A stretch of 51,119 nucleotides of DNA. Source: Girardia tigrina. Its lineage: Eukaryota. Position 1 is the stretch's first letter. Each line of letters begins with the position of its first letter. Where the stretch lies: assembly GCA_001938485.1 (NCBI GenBank), contig MQRK01230303.1, positions 4,839 to 55,957 on the forward strand. The letters run 5' to 3'. The notes below the pieces were generated by a model that saw nothing but the letters and a program-made list of their open reading frames with translations, did not search any database and was not told the DNA's origin. Of this stretch, positions 37,201-49,959 are shown in pieces. Made by a program: the position numbers and the translations under genes.

Positions 37201-38790
37201 AAGATTTTGATATATTTTGTATCACTATTTAAAATCATAATGTTTATTGAATTTAATTGTCGTTAAAAGTTTTAATTCGGTTTTTTAATTTTTAAAGGAC
37301 AAAATATTTTTGTCCAAAAAAACTTAATGATTTAATTTTTGTAAAGAAAGTTGTTGAAATGTTTTAAATCGTAATATGAAAATTTTATTCTCAAAAAAAA
37401 ATAAATTAGGTTATAGAATTTGTAAATTTTCTTTTCATAATACTTTTTAATCAAGATTAAGTAAAATAAATTTCAAAAAATAAAAGTAATATTTCTCTTT
37501 CATCTTTTTTCCGGAAATAATATATTTAAACATAATTCTGTAGCAAATGAAGTAATATTCTTCCGTATTTTATGACGCATTAAATTTTAAATTTTGCCGT
37601 TTAAATTAAATTGTATATTTTACTTTCAAAAAATAGTTACAAATATTGATTTGTTTCAAAATAATTTAAATGCTTAATAATTCATGATGAAAGTTTATTT
37701 TAAATAATAATTTAAAATCGTCGCTAAGTTGTAGACCTAAACAGTTCTTAATTATACTATAATTATTAAAAAAATATAAAATCACATATTTAAACGTTAG
37801 TAATACAATTTTAATAATAAAATACAGTGTATTTTATTCATAAAAGTAAAATTAAATACAGTTGCAAATATTATTTAAATTATAGATAATTATAAAATTG
37901 TATAATGTAATAAGTGTAATTAATATTCTTTTAATTTAAAAAATTATTAAACAATAAAAATGTTTTTTTTACATTTGTCAGTAAATTTATGAATATTTTT
38001 TAGTTAAATTTAAAATTAATATTTAATACACTATTGGGTTCTTGATCAAAAGACCTTGTCATGAACACAAAACTTTATTTCTACCACAATTTGAGTTGTT
38101 TTTAACAAATATTTCCGAGGAACTTTTGCACTTTCTTTTTACACATTATAAATCAGAATTGATATAAATATAAATATGGTTATCGGATTTTTTTTGAATT
38201 AAAATTCTATACTTTTTTTAATAAAAAATTTTAAAGTTAATTAAAATTTTGTCACAAACATTTTGTTTCATCTTTTATTAAATTTCAATTTTATTGTACC
38301 TTGAAATTTACTTGTTTCTCAATTAAATTTCCCGATTCTATACAATAGCATTTTTTATTTCGCTTTTATAATAAATTTAAAAATTACTTTGGATTTAATA
38401 ATATTTGAAAATAGAATTTAAATTCGCAATTTCGTTTAATTTAACATTTTTTAAATTAACCCTTTTTACATAAAAATAAAATTATATTTCCATTAATAAT
38501 TACGTTTTCCAAATAAAATTAAAACCGCAGTTTCATTTAAATCGATTTAATAGTTTTACAATTATATTTTGATTCCAATTAAAATTTCCAAGAATTAAAA
38601 TTATAGTGACATTTTTAATTTACTTCGATTTAATCGTGTAAAATAAAAGAAAGTTACAAAAATATTTTAATTTACTTTCATTTCGCAAATAAATATTAAA
38701 CTTTATATTACTTTAGATTTTATTTCACTTAAATATTTTCATCAAATTTGAAATTAACTTTTTAGCTTTATAATAAATCTTTTAATAACC
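34207..38790. repeat. Dispersed AT-rich repeat family: ~880-bp direct copies at ~34207-35090 and ~37905-38790
   Basis: The two copies are collinear and highly similar. Segment ~36955-37270 is also the reverse-complement homologue of the AT-rich part of the 18020-18755 / 19772-20520 duplication. Confidence 0.85.
35165..36150 (+). mobile_element. Degenerate mariner element with right TIR
   Basis: Relics of WIEKFR, TWVTHYLS (WVPH-like) and PQPQFSP (HPPYSP-like), plus the terminal GAAAAGACTTATCGGCCAACCTATA. Confidence 0.75.
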
Positions 38791-39144
38791 CTACCGTAAA
38801 ATTTATTTTATTTCTTACATGAATTAATTTTTTACATTAAATTTCTGAATATCTTATTTTAATATATTTAGAACATTTTTTTTACGGAATTTAATTGTTT
38901 CATTATTAATTTGATAAGATTGTCACTTCAAAAATTTTATGAACTCAAAAACACTCCCAACATACACTAAGGTATTGAAAACATTTTTTTCATTAGAGTC
39001 TTTTTATTTATTTATTTGAAAATAAAATTTTTATATGTAATTAAAAAAATTGAAAATTAATTTTAAATTAATGTTTTTAAAATTCAAAATACATTTTAAT
39101 TAATGTATTTGACATAGTCACAGATTACTTTATTATTTATTAAT

Positions 39145-39335
39145 TAGCCCCTTCATATTGACCGACTCGGGCACATACGTCGAAGCTCGTGATGTATTTT
39201 GTAAATTTGTTGGCAATACTTCTCTGCAATTATTGTTTCACGCGTATTCAGAAAGCTGTGAGCAAGTAGACAGAATGCAGACCACCAAACAGTCACTATA
39301 ACCTTTTTTGGTGAGGTTTCGGTTTCGGAAAGTGG
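39145..39335 (-). mobile_element. Mariner transposase internal fragment
   Basis: Minus strand reads HFPKPKPHQK.VIVTVWWSAF.LLAHSFLNTRETIIAEKYCQQI..IHHELRRMCP. Confidence 0.8.
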
Positions 39336-40568
39336 TGACTATTAATAATTACTGTAATTATTGGTACTATTACTATTGTTTAAATATACCTTTATTTATT
39401 TTATAAATATCAATATTTAATTATCCATTATAAATGAAGAACTATTATTATTATTTTAATATTGTGGAAATAAACATTTTTCGAAATCTTCTTTTATGAC
39501 CAAAAAATTAATGGACTCCGGGAATTCAATTCAAAAGAAACTAATAGCGCTTAAAAAATTAATTTTATTTCATATAAACAAAACAATTAATTTCCATTCT
39601 TTTAATATTTAACAGTAAAATAATTAATTAATCTTTTTAAAATAACTTTCCTTCATACACAATTAAATAAAATTTTTTTATCTTTCTTTCAATATTTAAA
39701 ATCGGCTATTTTCATACAAGTTTTAAAATAACATCGAGATAAATCATGTCTTTATACAGATTTCCAAAAACTAGTCAAAAATACTAAACTGTCGTTGGAG
39801 GTTCAACTTTTCTATTTAAGAATTTGACAAATAATCATAGTAACGACTATATACAAAATATTTATACATTTTTTTCATCGGAAAAGAATAAAAATCGAGC
39901 ACAAATATCAAAAAAATTCATTGTTCACACTCTTTTCAACAAATTTCACAACAAAGTAATGCCTTATCTCATTTGCCATTTGCAAGGCACCACACATCAA
40001 ATTTACACTAACAAAAAATTATTAATTATTTAAATTAAATTAAACTAAATTGATCGCAATTCTAAACAACGCCTCGCTCGCAATATGTTACCATAATTAT
40101 ATTAATATATTTTTTAGAATTGTCACGACCCTTTCTGAGTTTAAACATTTTTGCAGACTCCTGAGCCCCAAGTGGTTATTAAGGGTCAAGCACAACCCAT
40201 TATGATTTTATGTATTCATCTGATTTTATATATTTATCTGTGACGTGGTCGGACGTCTCACCCTCGCCTGACATCTGACAAGCAGTGCCAAGTTTGGAGG
40301 GCCATCAGGCTCCTTTTTAAGTCAGCGCGAGCTGTGGGTCCCTCAACTAGCTAAACGCCGCTTGGGGCTGATTTTAATAATAGATACTATAATTTAACAT
40401 TGTCAATGATGTGCTTTTATCTATGAGTGCGTCCCTCATGCTTGTTTAAATTGTGGTTCGCTATCCTGGTACGTTTGTGAAATATTATTTTAATCATCGT
40501 AACTTGAGGCATTGCTATATTTCATGTGTTGGTGGCATTGTTATTCAGTTCTTTATCGAACATTACTT

Positions 40569-41560
40569 TTAATGTAACACTCTCATGTTTGTTGGATCGT
40601 TGATCTGTTTTATGTAATACTTGAATTGTTGCATGGATTTGAAATATAAAGAAACCACATGTACGTTTGAATTATCAGAAGGTAATTTATTCCTGATAAT
40701 TTTTGTGGCTTTACTAAGTATTTCTTCAGAAAGTTGTAAAAACATTTTTAATCTGGTTTTGGAATTTGTCATTGCTGTATGAATTGATTTCCAATTTAAG
40801 CCCGATTTCGATAACCGATAGCAAATGTTTGAGATTCCTTTGATTAGTGATCAGTAACAGTAACGTTGCTGTTCGATCTTCTCGTCGCCCCTTTCTCTCG
40901 AAAATCGTCTTGATGGTTTCAATGATTGCGGAATCAGATTTATCGACGATGAGCGATGGAATAAGAACTGTGAATATTCGATCAGTCATTGAGAGCAACA
41001 TATCGTGTTTTATCCAGCCGCACAAGCTCTGGATGGTAATGATACTCTCTGATCGTAGATTGATCAATACCCACTGGGAATTGACAGGATTCGAAACTAT
41101 TTCTTGACAAAAATCCATAATATACTCGACATTGTCGATTATAAACCACACAACTTCATTTTTGCGCTTCTCTTGGGCCTGATTATCACCGGGTAGTGTC
41201 TCGGACAGACAATAGAGCACCACAAAGATCACCGCTTGAGTTATTGTTCCGTAGCTTTTAAATCCAATTAAATCAACAATAAATGTGTTATAAGTCTGTG
41301 GACATTCATGTCGAATGAAATAAACCACAGATTTGGTGATTATCCATCGTAAAACTCTCTCGGAATCGTTATTTACATTTATTGATTGATATTCTTGTAT
41401 TATTTCCATCAAATAAGACTTTGTTTCATTTTTCCGCTGGAAAGGGGGCAGGTACCTCCAGTGCATAAAAATGATGCGAGCTATGCATCAGCCAGGTGTC
41501 ATGAAAAAGAAATCGAAGCCAAACTAAATAATTGAAATAAAAACGGCTGGTTAGTCGAAT
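40569..41560 (-). pseudogene. Exportin-5-like (Xpo1/importin-beta N-terminal region) intronless fragment with frameshifts
   Basis: KSVVYFIRHECPQ..GTITQAVIFVVLYCLSE and IFERKGRREDR resemble exportin-5 IKREWPQ..GETQTELVMFILLRLAE and VSRKGKLEDRK (recalled consensus). Frameshift near 40770. Confidence 0.6.
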
Positions 41561-41592
41561 GTGAGAGTTGCCGACAACCAACACAGCCACTA

Positions 41593-42330
41593 ATGGAGGT
41601 GGTTCAAGTGTCAAAAGATAAGATCAGGCCGGTACTCGACTACCGGGAATTCAATGAAGCAATCTCCAGCCATACCGCAAGTAGTTTGGTTTTCGCAGAA
41701 AAACTTCGAAATTGGTTGCGGATGGAAAGAGATCTTCAAATCATAGATCTGAGACGAGCTTATCTGCAGATCAAATTGAATCAATCGCTTTGGAAGTATG
41801 AGGTAGTAAAGCATCAAGCGAGGTCCTTTTATCTAACCCATTTAGGTTTCAGACTAAGTATCGCGCCAAAAATAATGCGAAGGATATTGAACACGTCTTG
41901 ACATCAGATGAAGCGGTGAAAGAAGGGACAAGAAAACAACTAGCTGATGTCAGTACTCACTCAATTCGGTTTAGAGACGAAACAACCCATAGCGATAAAC
42001 GAAAGCAGGGACTGGTAGTGAATGAAACAGCAAACAGAAATCTCAAATAGCAGCGAGACGGACCACTTCCACAACCGCCACACCAAATGACTTGTCCTAA
42101 TCTTTTCGCGTGGACAGAACAGTTGTTGGATCACTACCCAGTGGGTGGATGGTTGCGTCCATCGTGCAGCTTCATAAAACGAATTACCAGTGGGATAGAT
42201 TGGGACACCGAAGTGGAACAACAAATAACAGAACTAGGACGACAACTTGCAGAAAGAGTTAAGTTGAAAGATCCCGTTCAAGGAATCTAGGAAGTACCGC
42301 AATCTGATAAAGGGAGAGTGTGGAGCAACT
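41593..42330 (+). mobile_element. Gypsy-like RT/connection-domain relic
   Basis: KIRPVLDYREFN, IIDLRRAYLQI, LGFRLSIAPKIM, then HYPVGGWLRPSCSFIKR...DPVQGI. The YxDD segment is deleted or degraded. Confidence 0.82.
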
Positions 42331-42889
42331 CATCAATTATATTATACAGAAACGGTTTCGGATGCGTACACCAATTCAACTCAGCGACTTTGTTTGTGCT
42401 AGCACTCAGATTCGCAGTGACGACAAAGTGCCCCATTGCGCAAACAGCGTATGCTTGTGTACCCTGAAGGCAATGGGGCGTGTAATTAATTGTGATTAAT
42501 TATAAATTCATTTGTTTTAAGCTGTTGTTTGCTGATTCTGAGTTTATTTAAATAATTACTTGTGCATCATATTTATTTTTTTCTGATTCAGACGACACAT
42601 TTTTGATTTGTTTAATATTTACATGAACGTTACAAAATAATTTCTTGTTTATTTATTAGTTTTCACATTAAATTTTATGTTTTATATATAATTATAATTT
42701 ACTTTAATAACAAATCTATTTATTTATTTTATATTAAACATTAAAAATTAATTTTATATAAATTACTTTATTACGTTATTTTATAAAAATCTCATTTTAG
42801 CATAATCTATAAATCCACTTTTCGAGATGTAATTATTGAATTATTAAATTGATTAGATTTCAAAATCGAAAATTTATGAACTCAAAAAA

Positions 42890-44592
42890 AGCTCCAATGC
42901 ATACATACATTATGATGATAGCTCATGATACTGGTATGCTGTAGTACTGCCAAGTTGTGGATCCGGATTAAACGTTTGGATTGAGTTTAGAATAGCTTCA
43001 AAGTCACAATTCATGATAATGGGCACTTGAATTATATTCATAATCATATTATTTGAATTCGATATAATCTTCCTTTGGAAATTCCGCTCTGGTGCAATGA
43101 TTGTTATTGCAATAGGCCTTGTGCTCCTCCAATTTGATTATAGCTTCAGTACCATTAAAATGTATAAAACATCTTTTACAAATCTCGATCCTTTCTGTAT
43201 GTTTTGATATTTGATATCGGATAAGGCGCTCAAAGTTCTTGATCCATATAAAATGCCTCTTTTCTCCATCATCTAGCAATAAAAAATCCCGATGATCTTC
43301 TAATTCTTCCTTACATACAAGTAAGGGATAAAATTTTTCCTTCTCCAATCCAAAAATATTGATTGAAACATCGTTGCAGTTTCCAAGTTTATTGACTTCA
43401 TCCAAGCTCGGTGGGAATTTTATGCAGTTGAAGTCATATGGGTGCTGCAGATTGTTGTATATCCATACTAGTGATGTATGCTTCTGATCCTCAACAAATT
43501 TTGACAGCATGGCACACTTGAAGCACATGCTGTCATCTTTTCGGACATTGACACATGCCTTTTTATTAGCTATCCATTCAGGAAGCGGTATGTAGGAGCT
43601 GCCTCTCATTGGGGAGTATTTATGATCATTAATTATCAATTGGTTAAGGGATGCAATAGTCCATCTACTCTTCTTCTCTTTGCTATCATCAGCTTCCTTC
43701 ATTATCTTGGTATGTTCTTCATTGAGCCATTTCATAATATCATTGGATTCTAACATTGGTCTATTTTTGGTCTTGAAGGCTCTATGTGATAATTCATCAT
43801 CAAAATTGGTGAATGTTGCCTCCAAAATAAGGTTTACTTTGATAGCCTTGAAATCAACCATGTTGTCTTGTTTCCTTCAATGATTTCAATGGTTTCCTTC
43901 TTGGAATATTCCAGAAAATCATGCCTAGGTTAACCTGGGGAGCCTTGATAACATATTGATGTACCTTCTTATTCAATGAAGCTTTATGAATTGGTCTCTG
44001 TCTTGAGCTTTTTGATGGAATATTTGTGATATTTGTATCATTTTTACGTTTTGATGGAATATTTGAAGCCTTAGCTGCCTTGGCTGCCTTGGCTGTATTT
44101 GACACATGCATTTCTATTGGAACATTTGTAACATTTACATGTTTTAAGAGAACTTTTACCGTATTTGTAACATTCTTCTCAATTGGAACATTTGAAACAT
44201 TTAGTGTGGCGAGAACTGGATACGCTGATGATTGGAAGATAGTCTTCTTGGACTTGTTTGAAAAGTCACACAAATGGTCCTTGTGACATTCATAAATTTT
44301 GATTATAGTCACCACTACTTGCGTTTTGACATACTGGATAAATGTAATACTCACATCTATTGAACACATATCCATAGTAACGCTGCATTGTATCATGATA
44401 ATTTTGCGGATTGTGAATATTTGCCATGCAGCATCTATATAATGAACATTGTTGAATTTTAGTAGGAATTTTCTTATGAATCATCTTCGACATTTTTTCT
44501 TTGAATATATTTTTTTTCGATTTGATGAATGGAACTAGATGTTGTTTATGGTCATTGTAAAATTCTTCAACTAGTTCTGTACACAGCCTCAC
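42890..44592 (-). mobile_element. Second Polinton-type pPolB relic (N-terminal region to Exo I) with upstream low-complexity ORF pieces
   Basis: KYSPMRGSSYIPLPEWIANKKACVNV..DDSMCFKCA, SINIFGL, HFIWIKNFERL and the zinc finger CKRC..H..C. A shifted frame at ~42990-43030 gives Exo I VPIIMNCDFEAIL. Truncated near 42890. Confidence 0.85.
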
Positions 44593-45019
44593 ATGTTGGA
44601 CATATAAAATTTAAAAGATTTAAACGATTTAAGTTTACGTAAGATTGAATAAAAACTAAATGAACTAAATTTGAGAGTTGAAATAACACATATTGGGTTC
44701 GAGATTAAAATCGGAATTCAGGATGCAACATTTTTATCAATGCACAATATAACAATTTTTAAACAAATTTATGAGGAACAATATTTTCAATCGCATAAGC
44801 CAGATATCAAAAAATATAAATATAAACATATACCGACTGTTGATTGAAGAAGAGCACGCTGAGAGTAGCGCCGAGAGTCTAGTTCCTCTACGTTGTGGGG
44901 GTTAGGAGAGACACAACAGAAGCTCACTAATAATTTCTTTCTCAAAACAGCTTGGTCACTAAAAAAAGATTCACATCATTTGTTCGCCAGGAATCAAATT
45001 GTTTCGTCGTAACTTAACG

Positions 45020-45360
45020 TAAGATTCTAGGAGTCCTCTTGAATCGATCCATCAATTGCGACACATTCTGCAGATTCATTAGCTTTATAGCTGATTCCAT
45101 CGACTTGACGACACCCGCCATCGATCTCGTCACTTGCTTCATTGTGAAGGCCGTTTGCACTCACTCCGTCACCGCATCGATCCGAGAACCCAGTCGTCGA
45201 CAATCGAGTGCTTGACTCATCTGTTGCATCGCATTTTCTACATGCCTTCCATGTTGCCCTTTCGAATCGCCAGTGTCATTCTGTGTATCTCTTCTTTCTC
45301 GGATTTTTCACATTCTTTAGCGTTTCTTTTCAGATCGTTCGATGCCAATTTCCAATTATT
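45020..45360 (-). pseudogene. CHMP1: CHMP1/Did2 (ESCRT-III) intronless pseudogene fragment, absent from the ORF track
   Basis: Manual minus-strand translation: KLASNDLKRNAKECEKSEKEEIHRMTLAIRKGNMEG / ENAMQQMSQALDCRRLGSRIDAVTE*VQTAFTMKQVTRSMAGVVKSMESAIKLMNLQNVSQLMDRF. Confidence 0.88.
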
Positions 45361-46690
45361 AAAAAATAGGAGTCCCACTATAGATATATTTATAAATATT
45401 AATATTCAATTTTTGGGTCACCACATTACATTTAACGTTTTCAGCGGATATTCTATTNNNNNNNNNNNNNNNNNNNNNNNNNNNNNNNNNNNNNNNNCGT
45501 CTGGTTTACGGACCTCACGGTGAATATTTTTCATTAGTAAATAATTCTAAACTTTCAAATTCAGATTTTCATGTTTCAAATGCCGGGGTCATTAGGGGGA
45601 CTTTTTATTAGTTATTGCTAGCGATACAATTTATATTTTTGTATGGATATTGGATGATACGAAGAGACAAGGAACGGCATTAGATGGGGGAGGGCGTCAA
45701 CTTCCTCGGGAAAGTCGAACCATGGATAAATTCCAATGAGAACCGGTCGAAATGAAGCCAAGTAATTTTGTTTGCTTAACTAATTTATTCTGGCACCCGC
45801 ATAATATTTGGGTCCACTTTTCAAGTTATATTTCTACAAACAAACCCAGGTTCTCAGGCGGTAGCAACGATTGAAAATGTTATTTGGCTTCGACATTATT
45901 ATTTATTGATTGCTTCACAGGCTTGAGTTATCGAGGAATTGTGGCTTGATTAATACGACTTGCAGACTAAATTAAATGTTGAGGAGCGCGAATACACGTA
46001 TTTGAGGGTAAACATAAGGGTATGATTGGTTTCCTTGGATACATGTCTCAAAATTAAAATGATGGTCAGATATTTAAAATAATAGAAGTAAGGAACACAA
46101 CATTAAGATATGATGCTTGTTTTTTGTACATCTTTTTTGTTTATTGATCTACACTTAGTGGGCCTCTACATGACCAAAACGTAATATTAAGTGTTCCCTG
46201 ATCATTTAAACTTATGAGTAGAAGAACATTCTCAATAAATGCAAGTCATTTATATTGATGGAACTATGAAAAACACTTTTTAGTTAATATAAACTTCAAT
46301 ATTTTATAATGGTAATGAGTATTATTAGACAAATGAGATATATCGATAAAACAATGAAGTTCCACTAAATTCCAGTTATAACAATAACTGAAATTTGACA
46401 ATTAATAACATAAACACAATGTGATCTTTCAAAGTGTGCTTAAGGGAGTACCCTCATTGAAGATGAAAGATTTTTTCAGCGATACAGCGGCGTACTTTTC
46501 AAATGGAATTTCGTCTTCTGTAACACCTCACATCATGTTTCCAAAGTGGCTTGTTTCTTTTTATAACCTGAACTTAAAAAATTAAAATAGTGTCAAATTC
46601 TGCATGGAGAAGTAATTTAAATTAGTGGACACCACAATTATTAAAATCGAAAAAAGGACCATGATGATTCATCAATCTTTTGAATATAAA

Positions 46691-46957
46691 ATTTGTTGGC
46701 AATACTTCTTTGTAATTATTGTTTCACCCGTATTCATAAAGCTGTGATCAAGTAGACAGAATGCAGACCACCAAACAGTCACCATTTATTTTTGTGGCTT
46801 TACTAAGTATTTCTTCAGAAAGTTGTAAAAACATTTTTAATCTGGTCTTGGAATTTGTCATTGCTGTATGAATTGATTTCCAATTTAAGCCCGATTTCGA
46901 TAACCGATAGCAAATGTTTGAGATTCCTTTGATTAGTGATCAGTAACAGTAACGTTA
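46691..46957. repeat. Chimeric local duplicate: copy of 39206-39296 (mariner) fused to copy of 40702-40868 (exportin-like)
   Basis: ATTTGTTGGCAATACTTCT...CCAAACAGTCAC followed within ~10 nt by TTTTTGTGGCTTTACTAAG...CAGTAACAGTAACGTT, in the same order and orientation as the originals. Confidence 0.88.
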
Positions 46958-48204
46958 AATCAAAATAATGTGCAATTTCCCTAAGATAATCTAATAAATA
47001 ACGATTATAATAATCATTAACTATTGTCTCAATACATTTAGCAAAATCTTTGTAAGTCTTTCGAGAATGTGGTGGATCGTTTCCTATAATGCATGGATTG
47101 ATTAAGAACTCATTAAAACTTTGTTCCTCGTCAACTTCTACATCTCTAAACGGCGGCGAAGCTAGAAAGTGTTCCTCTCATTGAGTAGGTCTAGGATTAG
47201 TCGATTTTTCATCCAAATTCATCATATTTCCTTCTTTGAATTTTGTTTTGTTGGCATTGATATTTTTTGTATTAAATTTACGTTGACCATTTTCAACATT
47301 GATTCATCGACTTCCCTTGCCAGATCAGCGACGGCGGCACATCATTGGATCTCTTCGTCTTTTAGATTCCGGATCAATCGGTTGTTTTGTTAAACTAATC
47401 TACGGAAATTATTTAATAAAATAATTTAATTTGTTTTACTGAACACCGGGAACTTCACGCAGACAGACAGAAATCGTAATTCTATTATATAGATAGTGTT
47501 TTGTGTCTCGAAAATTTTAATTTAATAACGTTTAAGTCAAAACACATTTTTACAATTGATAAAATATTTATAAACCAATTAAAATATAAATTTACTTCAA
47601 GTTCGTGTCAAGTAATTGTGCTTCAATAGTATTAAGTAAATGCTGCGGATTTATAAGTAACTTTAAAATATTAATTTTAATAAACATTTTTGAAATTAAA
47701 ATATAATAAATATTATAGAAAGACAAAGAAAAATTGTTGAAATAATCATTATTAAAAAGACAGAAAACATAGCAAGGTCACCATGTCAACTGGGTCGATT
47801 TGCAGACAATTATTTTATTACAATTAAAATTAAAAGTCAGAATTGTTTTCAAAGATTTAATAAAAATACAAAAATAAAATTATTGAAACACTTTATTGAA
47901 AAGTTTGTTATATTTTTTTAATTTTTTAATGTTTACCACATTTTTTTATTAATATCAATTTTAATTAAATATTATTTATTAATTATTGATAATATTTTTA
48001 CTTATTATTTATTTTTGAATATTATAAACGAGATCAACATATGTAGTGGTCATAAGTTAAGTCCAGGCTTCTCTCTCGTTGTGGTAATTGATGATTATAA
48101 TTGGTGACGTATCTATAGGACATAGCGCAACTGGAACTAAGAATGGCTACGGAAGTGAATATCCTCAACGGAGGTGACATTGATCTCGGAGAAAATGTAC
48201 TTTC

Positions 48205-49102
48205 ATGCCGACCTATCACCGTAGATTCCGGAGCAATTCGTGAAGCCGTCGAAACAAATCCATTAATAAGTACTCGCAGATTGTCGGCCGAACTCGATAT
48301 TCCTCAAACATCCATTATACTACACCGACACGCTCTTGGCAAGGTCAATAGACGATGTCAAGAAGTGCCTCAAGAATGGACACAAATTTAATCGAAAAGC
48401 GTTTCAAAATTGCTTGAAAATCCGCGCGGTGGCCGTCGAATTGTAACTTGCAATGAAAAAAATATGTTTACTTCAGTAATCCAAACCAACCAAATCAATG
48501 GTTGGACCCCGGACAAATGGCGAAACCGGTAGCGAAACGAAATCGTTTCTCAAGGAAGGTACTTTTGTGTGTTTGGTGGAAATTCGAAGGCGTGATTCAC
48601 TTCGAGCTGGTTCCAAATGATCGTACCATCGACGCTGACCTTTACTGCGCCTAACTCGATCGAATATATGCGGCATTTGGCGAGAAATACCCCACTTTGA
48701 TCAATCGAAAGCGAGTTATTCTACAGCAGGACAATAAAAAACCGCACACCGCCAAACAAACGAAAGAAAAAATCAACTCTCGACGCCTATGAACTTCTTC
48801 CACACCCAGCGTATATTCCGGATCTTGCGCCATCCGACTATCACCTTTTCCGCTCTATGGCACACTTTCTTCGTGGGCGCAGCTTCAATAATCTGGCCGA
48901 GGTCGAAAACGGGTGTCACCAGTTCTTCGCTTCTAAGAACAAGGATTGGTACCGCAGCGGGATCGCACAACTTGCCCGTAGATGGGTTCAAGCTATAGAT
49001 TCAAATGGACTTTACTTTGAAACTTAAATTTTTTTTATTTGTTGTAAAATTATGTTTAAAGTTTTAATAAAAATACGAAAAGACTTTTGGTTCACCCTAA
49101 TA
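48205..49102 (+). mobile_element. Mariner (DD34D) transposon relic, 5'-truncated, with right TIR
   Basis: STRRLSAEL, VTCNEK, CVWW, LQQDNKKPHTA, PHPAYIPDLAPSDYHLFRSM and GLYFE*. TIR ACGAAAAGACTTTTGGTTCACCCTAATA. Confidence 0.92.
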
Positions 49103-49247
49103 TTACAAATTTTGATTTTTTTTATAAAATCTATAAATTAATATTAACACATTGAATGCTAAAAAGGCAACAATGTTCGATCATATTTTTCAAAAGAGTC
49201 TCTATGATAATAAAAGAAAAATTAAATTGTCAACAGCAGTCAATGTG

Positions 49248-49249
<2 letters not shown>

Positions 49250-49298
<49 letters not shown>
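49250..49298. repeat. (TA)n microsatellite abutting a large N gap
   Basis: Direct inspection. Other (TA)n runs occur at ~10254-10270, ~32149-32174 and 51099-51119. Confidence 0.95.
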
Positions 49299-49959
49299 NN
49301 NNNNNNNNNNNNNNNNNNNNNNNNNNNNNNNNNNNNNNNNNNNNNNNNNNNNNNNNNNNNNNNNNNNNNNNNNNNNNNNNNNNNNNNNNNNNNNNNNNNN
49401 NNNNNNNNNNNNNNNNNNNNNNNNNNNNNNNNNNNNNNNNNNNNNNNNNNNNNNNNNNNNNNNNNNNNNNNNNNNNNNNNNNNNNNNNNNNNNNNNNNNN
49501 NNNNNNNNNNNNNNNNNNNNNNNNNNNNNNNNNNNNNNNNNNNNNNNNNNNNNNNNNNNNNNNNNNNNNNNNNNNNNNNNNNNNNNNNNNNNNNNNNNNN
49601 NNNNNNNNNNNNNNNNNNNNNNNNNNNNNNNNNNNNNNNNNNNNNNNNNNNNNNNNNNNNNNNNNNNNNNNNNNNNNNNNNNNNNNNNNNNNNNNNNNNN
49701 NNNNNNNNNNNNNNNNNNNNNNNNNNNNNNNNNNNNNNNNNNNNNNNNNNNNNNNNNNNNNNNNNNNNNNNNNNNNNNNNNNNNNNNNNNNNNNNNNNNN
49801 NNNNNNNNNNNNNNNNNNNNNNNNNNNNNNNNNNNNNNNNNNNNNNNNNNNNNNNNNNNNNNNNNNNNNNNNNNNNNNNNNNNNNNNNNNNNNNNNNNNN
49901 NNNNNNNNNNNNNNNNNAATACAATATCATCTACACAACATAAATTTTTAACACATTAT

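Noticed and set aside
40121-40280. TGTCACGA...TGACA possible solo LTR
   Set aside because: No TSD, primer-binding site or partner LTR could be verified.
44838-44918. TGTTG...CAACA mini solo-LTR
   Set aside because: Only ~80 bp, no matching TSD, and no second copy in the window.
45134-45523. Plus-strand 129-aa ORF
   Set aside because: It is the antisense shadow of the CHMP1 pseudogene and runs through an N gap.
49152-49943. Long ORFs of 263 and 242 aa
   Set aside because: Artefacts of a (TA)n run and an N gap.
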